From positions 4,030,001 through 4,094,000 of the forward strand of contig JAWMAR010000085.1 of NCBI GenBank assembly GCA_036785375.1: 64,000 bases of DNA, given 5' to 3'. Shown here piece by piece: positions 23,370-35,279 of this stretch (position 1 is its first letter; each line of letters starts with the position of its first letter). The notes under the pieces were generated by a model. It was not told where the DNA came from. It did no database searches and saw only the letters and a list, made by a program, of their open reading frames with translations. Position numbers and translations under genes: made by a program. The DNA comes from Leucoraja ocellata. Lineage: Eukaryota.

Positions 23370-26192
23370 CTGTAGTGCTCGTTGTTCTCGACTAAGTTGG
23401 CTAGAGTCTGCATATAGTTCAGTTGTGACACACTTAAATTTATCTCCCACATACCCAGCTGAGTTTGCTATTCGCTTAGTTAAATTAGATTTCTTCGGCT
23501 TCATAAATCTAGCAGCTGTTACCTCCAGATCTTCAGTTCTGTCTTTGGTATCACTGTGATTCAATTGAGCGAAAAACTGCCCAGTTTCAGCACCAAATTC
23601 CTTCTCTGTATTTGTTTTGCCAGAAGAGGTGGCAACATGGTCAAACATTGGACTGTTCTCCGAGACATCAGCAATTAATTGAACTGTTGTGCTTTCTTTG
23701 CTTTGGCTGTCTGAAGTATTTTCTTTGTTTAAGTTTTGATTTGGTAAACAATGGCCCTTTGATAAGTTACAGGTCTCTACTCCCTTATGGGCATCTCTGT
23801 CTTTTTGGATACCATCTTGTATAGAAATGGTTTCCACAGAGTCAACTGTTTTGTCACTGTTTTCCTTTCCAGAATTTTGTTTGTTATTGCCTTCTGATGG
23901 GATGCACTTTTTAGATATTTTTGCTTCAATTTTACCTCGTTGATCATTGTGTTCTAAGATCAGGTGTTTGTCCTTATTATCTTTGGCAAAGGTTTTGCCA
24001 TGATTCTTTGCACTGTGACATAATAGTTCGTTTATTCCTGAAACAAGTAGCTGGTCTGCATTTATTTTTTGAGAAATCTCTGGTGGTCTCTCTCTGGTAA
24101 CAGGCTCTTCGCTGCATCTAAGACGATCATGTGATCTGGATCGCCGTTGTGTTCCTTCACTCCGTTTTTCTTCATGAATGCTGTGTGACGTGATAATAGG
24201 GTTGATCAAATTCTGGGTGTTGTGAAATAGGGTATATTCACTTCTGCACGTTGGCAAGCTGCTATAAGAAAGTCTGTGCTTTGGTGTCAAGTTTCCTGCA
24301 TATAGGTTGCCACTGGGCAATAAGGCAGGATGGGGGAACACGAGTCCTTTGTCGGGTAAGGGAAGGTGGCTAATTGGGATTCCGTCTGGCGTTGAGTAAG
24401 TGAAATACCGATTTGGATACGGTAAAGGTGGGGATAGAAATGTCTCATTTGGAGTTAGAAATATTGAACCTGATGGATGACCACTCTCAGTTGCATGCGA
24501 CACAAAATCTTGACAGCTTCCTTTGGTCCCTTTAGTGGGCTGCTTACTTGGTATTGGAGAGGACTGTCCTGTTTGGTGAATGACAGATGTCTTATTCGAA
24601 GAGTTATTCCTCTGTGCCTTTTCAGACTGAACCCACTCAGTGTTAACATTTGGTGAAGGTGAGGCGGATGCAGGTCGGCCCAATCCAGAGACCGAACATG
24701 GAATATGAGTAACAGAACTATTGGAACTTCCAATCCTTGGACACGAGGAGCTTCTCTGGTGTGGAATTATGCGCTCTAGAGTTTTATTGCTCACCAATAT
24801 ACTACCAGTTGGATGGTCTGCCGGAGAACCGGTACTAGGAATGGCCCAGGTTGAGTGCAATTTATTGATAATAGCAGGCCTTTCAACAAGAAGATCATTA
24901 TGTATTGAAGTTGAAAAGCTTTCAGAATGCGTATCCTTGCTTGCCAATGAAGAGTTGTTTCTCCATTTGCCAGGTGCCACTTTATCAATGCTCTCAGTCT
25001 TTGACACCTGATCACTCGTGATCTCACCACCGCCTACTTTAGAAGACAGATCTAGAGGCTTTTCATTACAGTCTTTGGTGGACGGCTGCTTTTCTTGCTG
25101 CACTGGAGTCTTAGTCATTTTTTGTTCAGGCTGAGTGTTTTGTGGATGTGCTGCTGTTTGTTGGAAGTTTTCACTAGATTCTGGCTTTGAGGTTTTGCCA
25201 TTTACTGATCGAACGGGAGAAGTAAATTCACTACTTAGACTTAAATAACCATGAGGAAGTGCCATTGCAGGAGAAGGCCCAGATATCCTAGCAAGATGCT
25301 TCTGAAATTCAGAACTCTCTCCAATCTGCTGTGAGGTTAGGTGAAGCCGGGAAGATGGTCTTGGAGATTGCAACAGTGAAGCTGGGTCAGCAGAATTTGA
25401 CTTTTCATTAGCTGGAACCCTTGTTTTCTTGTTAGTTGAAATTTGATGAGTCAAAATATGTGGATCAACTGGCAGTCTCGGGTTACCTGTCATTATCCCA
25501 GAAAGGCATTTTTCAGAACAGTGAACCATAGAGGGCATTATGGGTGATGTTGCAGTTGGCGTAATCCTTAGTGGAGAAGGAAGAGATGATGGGATGGGAG
25601 GCAAGCCATAGTGTGATGGTGGTATGTATAAGAAGCGGTCACTGTGACTACAGACGGGCGAATAGGTTATGTGCTGCGGTAAGCCATAAGAGTTCTGCGA
25701 AGGTATCAAACATGTTTTATACATGCTCCTTGGGTAATTGCTTGATGAGTCCACAAATGAATACATGCCTGTTGCTGGGCTCTCTATGTATGGATTAACC
25801 CACGGAAGTCGCAAGTAACTTGGACCAGTTCCATTCACCGGAGTTTGTTTGCCAGCTGAAGATCCTTCTAAACCCATTGGTTCACCTCTGGCACCAGCAG
25901 CATTTTGTAGACCAGGAGGTGATTTGTACAGCGTACTAAAGCTTTCATGAGCCTTTGTGCAACCACTGCCGTTTTCCAGTGTTTCTGGTGGATGTACTTT
26001 GTAATTCAAATCAGGCATTCTATCGGTCATAAATCCCAGACTGGTCATGGCCACTGCAGCCTCTTGTTCCTTTTCATTTCTTAGCCCATGTGCAGTAGGG
26101 TATATAATACCATTATGGTTTCTGAGCTCCTCTTGCATGATCCCACTGGCAGCTCGAACTCGATCAATCTGTCTCACTGAGGCCGCATCCAC
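23370..26192 (-). CDS. BCOR: BCOR large exon 4 (2823 nt, 941 codons)
   Basis: ORF 23358..26192 contains YLRLPWVNPY, YSPVC..RFLY, KPLDLSSK, QRSSSCPR, GRPASASP and KRIANSAGYVGDKFKCVTTELYADSSQLSREQRALQ, all BCOR hallmarks. Acceptor tctag|GTG; donor CAG|gtgagt. Confidence 0.98.
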
Positions 26193-28400
26193 CTAGACAA
26201 AATTTCATAAAGATTAATTGTACATATATTATTTGAGAAACACAAACATCTTCTGAGTTTTTTTGTTTTTTTTCTGTTTTTCTCATCTGTTATTTTAATA
26301 AAATGATAAAATCCATTGTCAATAAGTATATGAAGGAAAAATAATCCAACTGCTGTAACCTAACAAAACATTACTGGATAAAGCAACCAGACAGTAGAAT
26401 GGAAAGTATTTATATTCTATGTCTTGGCTCTTACCAGAACATTTCTGTTTATAGAGATAAAATGAAGTAACTGTTCTAATGATCACCAACTAATTTACTG
26501 TGCCCCAATTTAGTACCTATTTAACTGCACTGCTTCCTTGCCACTGATTATCTTGCTCCCACAAATTGTTCACCAACTCCCATTCATTCTATCTCCTTCT
26601 AGTACGTCAGCCATCATTGAGTGAGGTGTAAAATCAAATGTACCGGTTACATAATCAGCTAATTTTTTGGCATTTTCAGCTCAATCATTTCAAGCATCAC
26701 CGTGCTTTATCATCACAGTGCAGATTATTTGCTAATGCCCAAACAACAGTAACAATTTCCAATTACATTGTGCTTTTAACACAGGAAAGCTACCCAAAGC
26801 TGATCACAGCACATTCTCAAACAAAAAGTTGAAGCCGAGTTATACAAGAATTTGTTAGGGAAAATGATCGAAAGATATGGGTCTAAAAGAAGAGAGAGAG
26901 CAGTTTAGGAATGGATCTTGGCAACTTCAGGAATAATTGCCAATGGTGGATATTTTGGAAATTGAAATAATACCAATATAGGGAGGATCGAGACCACAGA
27001 TTTCATTCCAAAAGCAAGACCCATCACAAGGTGTTTAAGTAATTCAAGAGAGCACAGTTCCCTCATTCTCTCTATGCTTATGACCATTTCCATAGGCAAG
27101 GAATTAACAGATTGACTCTGACTATCTCCAAAGATGTAGCAATTTATTCTGCTATTGGTTTCCTTACTCTCTCTTCACCTCAGTTCTGTTCTGTACTGCC
27201 CCACTCCTTCAACACCTGAACTGTTACCATTGTGAGTTTTTGCCAAGATCCTGGAATTAAAAAGTGAGCAAACAGCAGCAAAAATCCCACCTAGTCCCTG
27301 ACCCATGTTAGTTGTTAGTTCAGGTTTGCATTCTGATAAGTATTCAAGGGTAGGTTGGATTGGCCCAGTGGCTGCTTTATCCAGTTCAGGATGATTTATT
27401 TAGTATTGCTGAATGGGTGCACTGTTTGGGATCAATGGCAATGCATGTACAGAATAGTGTCTTTTTATCCCTTTTCTCCAAATGGCTCTAGGCAGGATTG
27501 GGTAAAAAAAAAAAAATGCATGTAGTCGGGCTTGGGTCAGATGGCCACGGTCAGGATTTAATTTTACCCCTTACAGCTAAACTGTAATGCTCTGTTGAGT
27601 TTATGATAGCAGGAAGCCATTGATGGCTGTTGTATTGTACATAATCTTGGACCAAATCTTGCTCATTCAACTGATTAACAATCCCAATCCCATTGACAGG
27701 TTGCCTTCATTGAAAACCATCCATAGCCACTAAATAACCCTGCCACATACGTCAATAACTTGCATTCATGTTTGAGGGGCCTCTATACACAACAGTGCAC
27801 TGACACACCCCATCCTAACTCAACAGTAACATAAGCCTCCTGTATTGACAATTTAGCCAGCCTACTATCCCACAATCCTTCAATTCTATGTCCAAGCTTC
27901 AAATCCCACCAGATAGCAAATCCCCAAAGCCTTGGCATTGCTCAAGCCCATCACCTTGTCATTTCAATCTTATACATTATGATTCATAAACCACCACATT
28001 TTAATGCAAGTGGTGTCCTCATCATTCCTTCTCCACACCAATCAAATCTGGCAAACTTGCTTCCAGGCCTGACACAGTTCAATCCCTTCCCCTCCCTAAC
28101 CTCCAATCCCTTCCCATCTTGCAAATACATGTACCTAATATCTTAAGCCCCAAAACTGCAATTGGGCTTCAGGCATAAATGAAAATTGTAGCAGGGTTGG
28201 AGAGGGGACAGAGGAGTCATGCTGCCCACCGATCTCATGAATCAAAAAATATATCATTTTTTTAAAATATATATTACTAAATAGTTCAGCCAATCTTTTT
28301 ATTTTTATTCCTGTTGCTTCTACATTGAAATGGTACCACCTGGGATTTAATGTTGCATTCAAGTCTAATTTTCTCAATCAGTTTAGCTTTATGATTGATG

Positions 28401-28528
28401 AAGAAGGGTTTCGGCCCGAAACGTTGCCTATTTCCTTCGCTCCATAGATGCTGCTGCACCCGCTGAGTTTCTCCAGCTTTTCTGTGTACCTTCGATTCTC
28501 CAGCATCTGCAGTTCCTTCTTAAACACA
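28401..28528 (+). mobile_element. Short Penelope-derived insertion with an 18-bp TSD
   Basis: aagaagggtttcggcccgaaacgttgcc...ccagcatctgcagttccttcttaaacaca flanked by ttagctttatgattgatg at 28383-28400 and 28529-28546. Confidence 0.88.
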
Positions 28529-28597
28529 TTAGCTTTATGATTGATGTAGCTGCTAATATTTGAACAGCCTTTTGCAAAACTTGAATAAGTAGTATAC

Positions 28598-29067
28598 CGA
28601 AGATAGGCACAAATCGTTGGAGTAACTCAGCGGAGCAGGCAGCATCTCTGGAGAAAAATAGGTGACGTTCTGGGTTATAACGCATCTTCAGACCAATAGT
28701 AGAGTTTGGGGTGGGGGCGGGGGGGGGGGGGGGGGGGGGGAGGGTGGGGAGGAATAAACAGGAGGCGAGAAAAGGCCAGCACGAATCAGGACCTCAGGAA
28801 GGGTTGTCCCCATAATGGCCCGTTGTTGGCTGGGGAAGATGAGATAATAAGGTATAAAGATGTGAACAGTGGAATTGGTAGGGCGACTAGGATGGGGGGG
28901 GGGGGGGGGGGGGGGGGGAGAGAAGAATGTAAAAGTTACTTGAAATTAGAAAAATCAATATTCATACTGCTGGGCTGTAAGCTGCCCAAGCAAAATATAA
29001 GGTACTGTTCCTCTAATTTGTATGTGGCCTCACTCTGACAGTGGAGGAGGCCCAGGACAGAAAGATC
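28598..29067 (-). mobile_element. 5'-truncated Penelope-like element (GIY-YIG C-terminus, 3'UTR, terminal repeat)
   Basis: 29067-28936 translates DLSVLGLLHCQSEATYKLEEQYLIFCLGSLQPSSMNIDFSNFK*, resembling the PLE endonuclease C-terminus. It is followed by C-rich UTR and the terminal repeat with a decayed ctgaaga core. Confidence 0.82.
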
Positions 29068-29301
29068 TGTAAAGTGAAAGTGGTAGCTGGAGGAGTTTAA
29101 ATTAATCCTTAGTGCTCAGGAAAAACAATATACAATTTCATCTTGTGACTTTGTTCCAAAAAGTATAAACTTTGAAACTACTGTTCAATAGAGATCAAAT
29201 TCCTCTTATTTTAAAAGAATCATAAACCCATTGTAATAAATTAGATAATTCGTCCATTAAAATATCAGAAAAAATATGGACAAACTAAGGGAATAGCTTA
29301 C

Positions 29302-29395
29302 CACACTCAAGTTGTGGGTCATATGATTCTCTTCTCTCATCCCAAAACGCTTCATGTTCTTTTGTATTTCACCATCACTTACAGATACCTTCCTA
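29302..29395 (-). CDS. BCOR: BCOR exon 3
   Basis: ttttacag|tag g aag gta tct... = (G)RKVSVSDGEIQKNMKRFGMREENHMTHNLSV, similar to human RKILVNDGD...LREENPLNHNV. Donor GTG|gtaagc; phase 2 to 0. Tandem acceptor allows a start at 29395 or 29392. Confidence 0.9.
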
Positions 29396-31864
29396 CTGTA
29401 AAAGGAATTCATATTCAATCATTTCTATTTAGATTCTTTATATTGCATTTAATAGTTATTTTTTAAATAAAAGTCCCAATTATTATCACTTCCCCCAAGT
29501 TAATCTTAACCTGCACACACAACACCATTATATTAAACATATAACAAGTGGCTTTGTGGATCATGATCACACTTGTATTATTCCAGTAGGTGTTTCTCCC
29601 ATGGGATACAAGTAAATAGTTTCACTCTTCCTACAGTAGTTATGGCAAGGTTTTTGTTCGTTATTTCAAAAATTTCAATATACACTGAACAAACATGTAA
29701 ACTTCTGTCAGATAAAATCCAGCTCAGACACTGTCCCTGTAAACTCGAGTCAAGTAAACTTCTCTTTTCAGCTTTACTAAGGAAATTGCCAAAGGGTTTC
29801 TCCAAATTGGCCAATGGAACCAGTAAAGATCGGCAGACGTCGTTTTTAAGTATTTCTCTGGGCTTTCGGCATCTGATTTATGCACTATATCAGTTTTTCT
29901 GTAGGAAATAAATTGTAGGCAAGTAATAGCAACATCATCAAATGATAACATTTGAACAAAAAAAAAGATGTAAAGTGAGGTCAGAAAGAGAAACAAATGC
30001 TTAGAGAGAGGATCACATATGAATCACGCAATTTTTGTTATCTGCAATAAATCAACTTGTAGGATTCCTTAAACAGGTACACAACTGATTTTCCGTTTGA
30101 TAGTCTGGCCACCTCTTAAAATTACAATACAGAAAATATTTTGCAGCTGCAGTATATGCGAGTACCCGGTCTTCCCTGTGTCTTTGGAAAGTCTGCGGAA
30201 TCCTTTTTCTCATGTGTTTAAAAAACAAAATCTGATTTAGAGTGTGTATGAGCCTGAGGGCTGCGAGTTGCCCGATGTGAGATCTAGTGAATGGGCCCGG
30301 TTAGGGGACAGACAGGGAGCACCGCAAAGCAGTTCCTGCACAGCAGCCCAGCTCGATTTGATGTGTGCTTTTACTTTACGTTGTGTGCCGGTGACTGCTC
30401 ACGTCTTCGCCCTTCTTGTTCTCTGGATAAACCAACATGTCGAGTGAAGACAACTCATATTATTATTATTATTTTGCATTATTATTATGTGACCACTGTT
30501 GTTCCGGCAAAACGGACAATCTGGCAAGGCTCTGAAACCACAGATGTCAGAAAATCGGTGGCAGATCTGTATAATCAACCTCCAGTAACATTACACGATA
30601 AGTTACGCAGAGCAAAAACTGATGTTTCAATCCCCCCTGGCTAATTAGACACAAACTAATAAAACAATGATCGCCAACTTGTCTTGCTCCGATAATAACG
30701 ACTTAAAGCATATGTAGTTAGAGAGTTTGAAGATGGCCTCAAGACAAACCATTCACATGCTGGAATAGAAAACAACACAGAGTGAGCCCTATTATTCCTG
30801 GTTAGGCTACAGTAACCATCAGAGTACACCACAGTGGGCTGTTAGAATAATTGCAGCATTCATGTTGAAGCAATCTAATTTATTCACATAAATGAAAAGA
30901 GAAAGCTCTTCATAGAAAGTAAACGCACACGCACACGATTGCATTCCTAAGCTCTACGAAACAATATTCTCATCTGCGTTGAACCCTGCTAACTGGGGCT
31001 GCCAGAGCTGTACTACCCACAACAGCCCAGTACCTGTCACCTGTCAAAAAATATAGTTTGCCCTAATGGCTCAGAATTCAGTTCAATTTTCCACCTTGTA
31101 CCAGATAAAATGAAATGCTGTTTTATTCCTTGGCATTTATTTTGTTTTTGATTCTATGTAAATATGGACCATCCTAAAGTGCAAGTGAAAGACAATTTGA
31201 GATCGTTTTTTGACATAGGAGTCTGGTTTACTTAAGTCCTGAAATTCTGTGTTGAAATACTACTGAGAACTAAACACACGATGGTTAACCTTAAAATCAT
31301 CACACATACATGGGCGAAGTGTGAATCTCTTATTGAATGAGAAAAAAAATCAAATTTAGTTCTAGAGTGTTACCTGTTTTGAGCAACATTTCCCAGCATC
31401 AGTAGATAATCAATTTAATGGCATGTGCTTTGTAGCAGTAATAATGCAAAACGATCATTGTTTGCTATCATTACATAACAAGACCGACAACAACTCCAGT
31501 ATTTCCACAAATGCTTGTTTTAACCCAGAAAATCCATCAGTACTCTCAATGTGCCCTGCCTCTTGTGGAAGGCTGTCAGATTGCAGACTCCATGGTGCAA
31601 CAGCTTACCCGTTGTCACTGGTTAAAGCTAGAAACAAATCAAGGAAACAGCACTATTCAGAAGCCCCTTATTGAGCATTTCATAGGGACTTCTGTGAGTG
31701 GCGGGACAAACCCTTAGAATCTGCCTTAGAATCAGAGTCCTAACTCATGGAGATATGGAGGAAATTTCACCTGACACTTTTTTCACCTTGCACTTTATAC
31801 TGTGCTCTTTTACCTCTTCCCACCATTCAGTGGCCTAATCATTACATATGAAACAACTCACTTA

Positions 31865-32145
31865 CATTACTTCCAATTTGCATCACTGCTTTCAATGCTC
31901 ATAATGTGGTCTCCTCAGTGCTTGAGAAACCAAAAGAAGTTTAGCCATTCACTTTGCAGAACACTTTGCTCAGTCTGCAAGGGGTCCTGAGCTTTGAGTT
32001 GCATATCACTTTAATTCTCCACCCTCCTCCCCCTTTGACTTCTCTACCTTTGGCCTCCTACACTGCTGCAACATCGGCTTGTAATAACACCTTATCTATC
32101 ATATGGAGAGGTTGCAGACATCGGGTCTTAAGATTGCATTTAATT
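31865..32145 (+). mobile_element. Old Penelope-like GIY-YIG endonuclease remnant
   Basis: Translates with stops as TSNLHHCFQCS*CGLLSA*ETKRSLAIHFAEH...VAYHFNS..GLLHC, matching the PLE pattern SN(L/V)IYCI.C..C...YIGET.R.L..RF.EH. Confidence 0.7.
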
Positions 32146-33394
32146 TTTTTCTTGCCACAGTAGTGGCTGTACTTTTCTGTTCTAATGTGCTTTTTTACTG
32201 ACGGTTTTAAAAGTGTGACCGTGGACAACTACAGTCCAGCTGTTTTCACTGATATTTCTCTGTTCTCCTTGTCCTTGTCCCATTCTAAAATTTAAAATGC
32301 ATTTGTTTTGTATTTGTCAGTTTATGTATTTATGTATTCTGTCCCTTCACGGATACTTTTAGGATACTGTTACAAAACATCTAGTCTTAAACTCTGTTTT
32401 TCGTGCTACTCATAATGTCACCATAGCCTGCATGTTTACTAAATACCCATTCATTAGTTACTTCATTTAATTCTTACTAATTAAGGCTACTTATTTCTTT
32501 CTCATTCTCTAAATCCCTTATAAATTGACAGTATTTGTTGAATGTTCTGACCACCATGTAGCCATATGTCAGTAAATGGCTGTAACATTCCAAGGTGAAT
32601 TCACATGAAATGTCTTCCTTACTCCATATTGTACTTAATAAAGTTAATTTTATAAATGTGACTGGTAGTTTCTTTGCATACATATTTAAAAATTGAATAG
32701 AATTTAAAATTGCTTTTGGGAAGTGTATTTGACATTTTTGTTTCCACCTTAATTACTCGTCCATTTTACAAATGTTATTTAGTTCTCTGTACAATTTATT
32801 GGAAAAATTGTGTTTTTTCATTCACGGCTTGTTGAGTGAAAAATCTTTACTGTAATCAGCTGCTCAACTACAACAATTTTAAAAAGTAGATGATGCCAGG
32901 GATTCTCTCAAAATGACATTGACAGCAAATACCATGACAGAAAATTATGTTAATATTATGAAGATCGCAAGGTCTTTTTGGAGAAGTCTTTCATGGTAAA
33001 CGGTAAGTACTATTGCTTTCCCACCAACCACAAATTCCACCAGGCCACTTCATGAAGGTTCAGTTCTTGTAAATCAATCTGAAATTGGTTGTCACCTCCC
33101 GTACATTTATTATTTCTTGTGATAACTGAAACAATTCAATAAATTGATTGATTCTGCTTGGAAAAGGAAACATTTAGCCAAGACATCCAAGCATTAAAAC
33201 AGATTACCACTGCCATATAATTCAAGTGAACCAAATCCAATCTGTGCATGTTTAAGAGCTGGCAAAATTATTAAGTATCTCTGTGCTCATAATGAAAGTC
33301 GCAATCCAATCCGTTGTGTTTTTCAATAGATTGGATCCAAATGGATCAAAAATTTGTTTTATTTACTACCATGCAAAAATATAAATTATCTTAC

Positions 33395-33480
33395 CCTTCC
33401 TCATTAATCCCACACATGCGAACTCTATCAGTACTCATCCAGCTGTGAAGGTTGCTGTACAAAGGGGTTGCTGACAGCAT
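33395..33480 (-). CDS. BCOR: BCOR first coding exon (mammalian exon 2); exon spans 33522-33395 including 42 nt of 5'UTR
   Basis: Minus strand reads ATG CTG TCA GCA ACC CCT TTG TAC... = [28 protein letters not shown](G), matching the BCOR N-terminus [21 protein letters not shown]. Acceptor ttttattttacag| before 33522; donor GG|gtaag; 86 coding nt. Not in the ORF track. Confidence 0.95.
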
Positions 33481-33816
33481 GACGTCTTTTTGATTGAAGC
33501 TTCCCTTCTCCACAACTTTGTTCTGTAAAATAAAAACAAATCTTTATCAATATGTAAATATACATCCTTATTACCAGAAACAATGGACATGCAACATTTA
33601 AAACATCTTATTTCTGACACATCTTTTGTAAGTTTGTCGGTGCCAGAAACATGGCGACTCTTTGTGTACTGCCTAGGTGAACTCTGCTGTATGATTTGAC
33701 CAGATTGTATGCCAAGACAAAGAATGTCACTCTTCCCAGGTACATGTGACAATAAAGTATCATTGACATCTGCATTTCTTTTTACAATTATTGCTCTCAT
33801 CAAGGACATTTTGTAT

Positions 33817-34145
33817 GGCGGCACAGTGACGCAGTGGTAAAGTTATTGCCTTACAGCACCAGAGACGCGGTTCGATCCTGACTACAGCTGCTGTCTGTAT
33901 GGAGTTTGTGCATTCTCCCTGTGACTGCATGGGTTTTCTCTGGGTGCTCCGGTTTCCTCCACACTCCAAAAGCATACAGGTTTGTAGGGTAACTGGCTTC
34001 GGTAAAAATTTGTAAATTGTCCCTAATGTAGGATGGTATTTGTGTATGGGGTGATTGCAGGTCGGTGAGGACTCAGTGGGCCGAAGGTTTCAGTACACTG
34101 AATGTGCAAACCAAATGTTTCTGCACGGTATCTCCAAAGTCTAAA
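33817..34145 (+). mobile_element. V-SINE
   Basis: A-box ggcggcacagtgacgcagtggtaa, B-box ggttcgatcc, V-domain, tail ctccaaagtctaaa. Confidence 0.9.
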
Positions 34146-34505
34146 ATATGTTCTTCCTGCTCATAATTTGGTATTAAAAAGTAATAATATCTCCACCATT
34201 AATAATATACAACAAATGGCAAAATTTTAACATGTGATCAAAGCTGATTCTATGAATTAGTTAACATTTCTACTAATCATTTCAGGTGCAAAAACATTAA
34301 AAACAATTAAACTTGTGTTCTGTGCTCTCTGTGTAGCCTCTTGACCAAAATTCTACTTCACGATTATGCTCATTTCAAACATTTAACAATGCAAAAGAAC
34401 AAGTACTTTGAGGAAAGAGAATACCGTACAGAATATTACGGTTACAGTGTTTATTTTGTATAAAGCATTCAGTTTGCCGAAAACCTGGCTGCAAATCTTC
34501 GCTTA

Positions 34506-34808
34506 GGATGGCACGATGGTGCTGCGGTAGAGTTGTTACATTACAGCACCAGAGACCCGGGTACAATCCTGACTACAAGTGTTGTCTGTACGGAGTTTGT
34601 ACGTTCTCCCCTTGACTGCGTGGATTTTCTCCCAGTGCTCCAGTTTCCTCCCACATTCGAAAGATGTACAGGTTTGAAGGTTTATTGGCTTCGGTAAATT
34701 GTCCCTAGTGCGTAGGATAAGTGCTAGTGTACATGGGTTGCTGGTTGTTGTGGACTCAGTGGACCGAAGGACCTGGTTTCATGATTTATTTCTAAACTAA
34801 ACTAAACC
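34506..34808 (+). mobile_element. V-SINE
   Basis: Same family as 33817; tail ctaaactaaactaaac. Confidence 0.9.
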
Positions 34809-35056
34809 AAATGATTCAAGCAATTCACACGTTGCAGGACTGGTATTGCCCTCAAAAGTTTGACAGATTTTTATTTATTTATTTATTTTTTTAATATAAG
34901 GTTTATACTAATAATCTACATTTACATACAACTACCCAACTCTGCAGCAATACAGTAAAACAATTACAAATGGAACCCCGGCTGATTTTGCACTTTTTAA
35001 TTGAGATATTCTGAGTCAACTGATTTACACCTGACAAACAACTGCTAACACAGTCA

Positions 35057-35279
35057 AGGGCCTGTCCCACTTGGCGATTTTTCCGGCGACTGTCTGCATC
35101 ATTGACACCGAAAAGGTCGCGGCGTGATGACGTATTGACGCACGGAGTCTCCTCAAGTATTGCAACTTTTTTTTTGTTGCCGCTGGATTTTGAGATGTTC
35201 AAAATCTTTTGGTGACCCTGATACGTCAGTCAATGACGCCGGGAGTCGCCGAAAAAACTCGCCAAGTGGGACAGGCCCT
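35057..35279. mobile_element. MITE, probably PIF/Harbinger type
   Basis: Perfect TIR agggcctgtcccacttggcga / tcgccaagtgggacaggccct, extending imperfectly inward. Flanks are tca and tta (TWA-like 3-bp TSD with one mismatch). Confidence 0.82.

Noticed and set aside
23358-26192. 944-aa ORF as a standalone intronless gene
   Set aside because: It begins at a GTG right after a splice acceptor and has a consensus donor at 23370; it is BCOR exon 4.
28706-28920. Long G runs as functional G-quadruplexes (also 42793-42880)
   Set aside because: They lie inside transposon remnants, and homopolymer lengths may be unreliable.
939-33480. Calling the gene BCORL1
   Set aside because: Exon 4 motifs, the MEGL..EDSIL..PAAYCE exon, RAMMRFSELEMK and TNLKVCIELTGLHP are BCOR-type, and the exon phases follow BCOR.
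33435-33824. 129-aa minus-strand ORF over exon 2
   Set aside because: It is an off-frame reading through a SINE edge, a LINE tail and the real exon; the true frame starts at 33480.
33817-33890. tRNA genes at SINE heads (also 34506, 53542, 10305)
   Set aside because: A and B boxes are present but run straight into the V-domain, with no complete cloverleaf.
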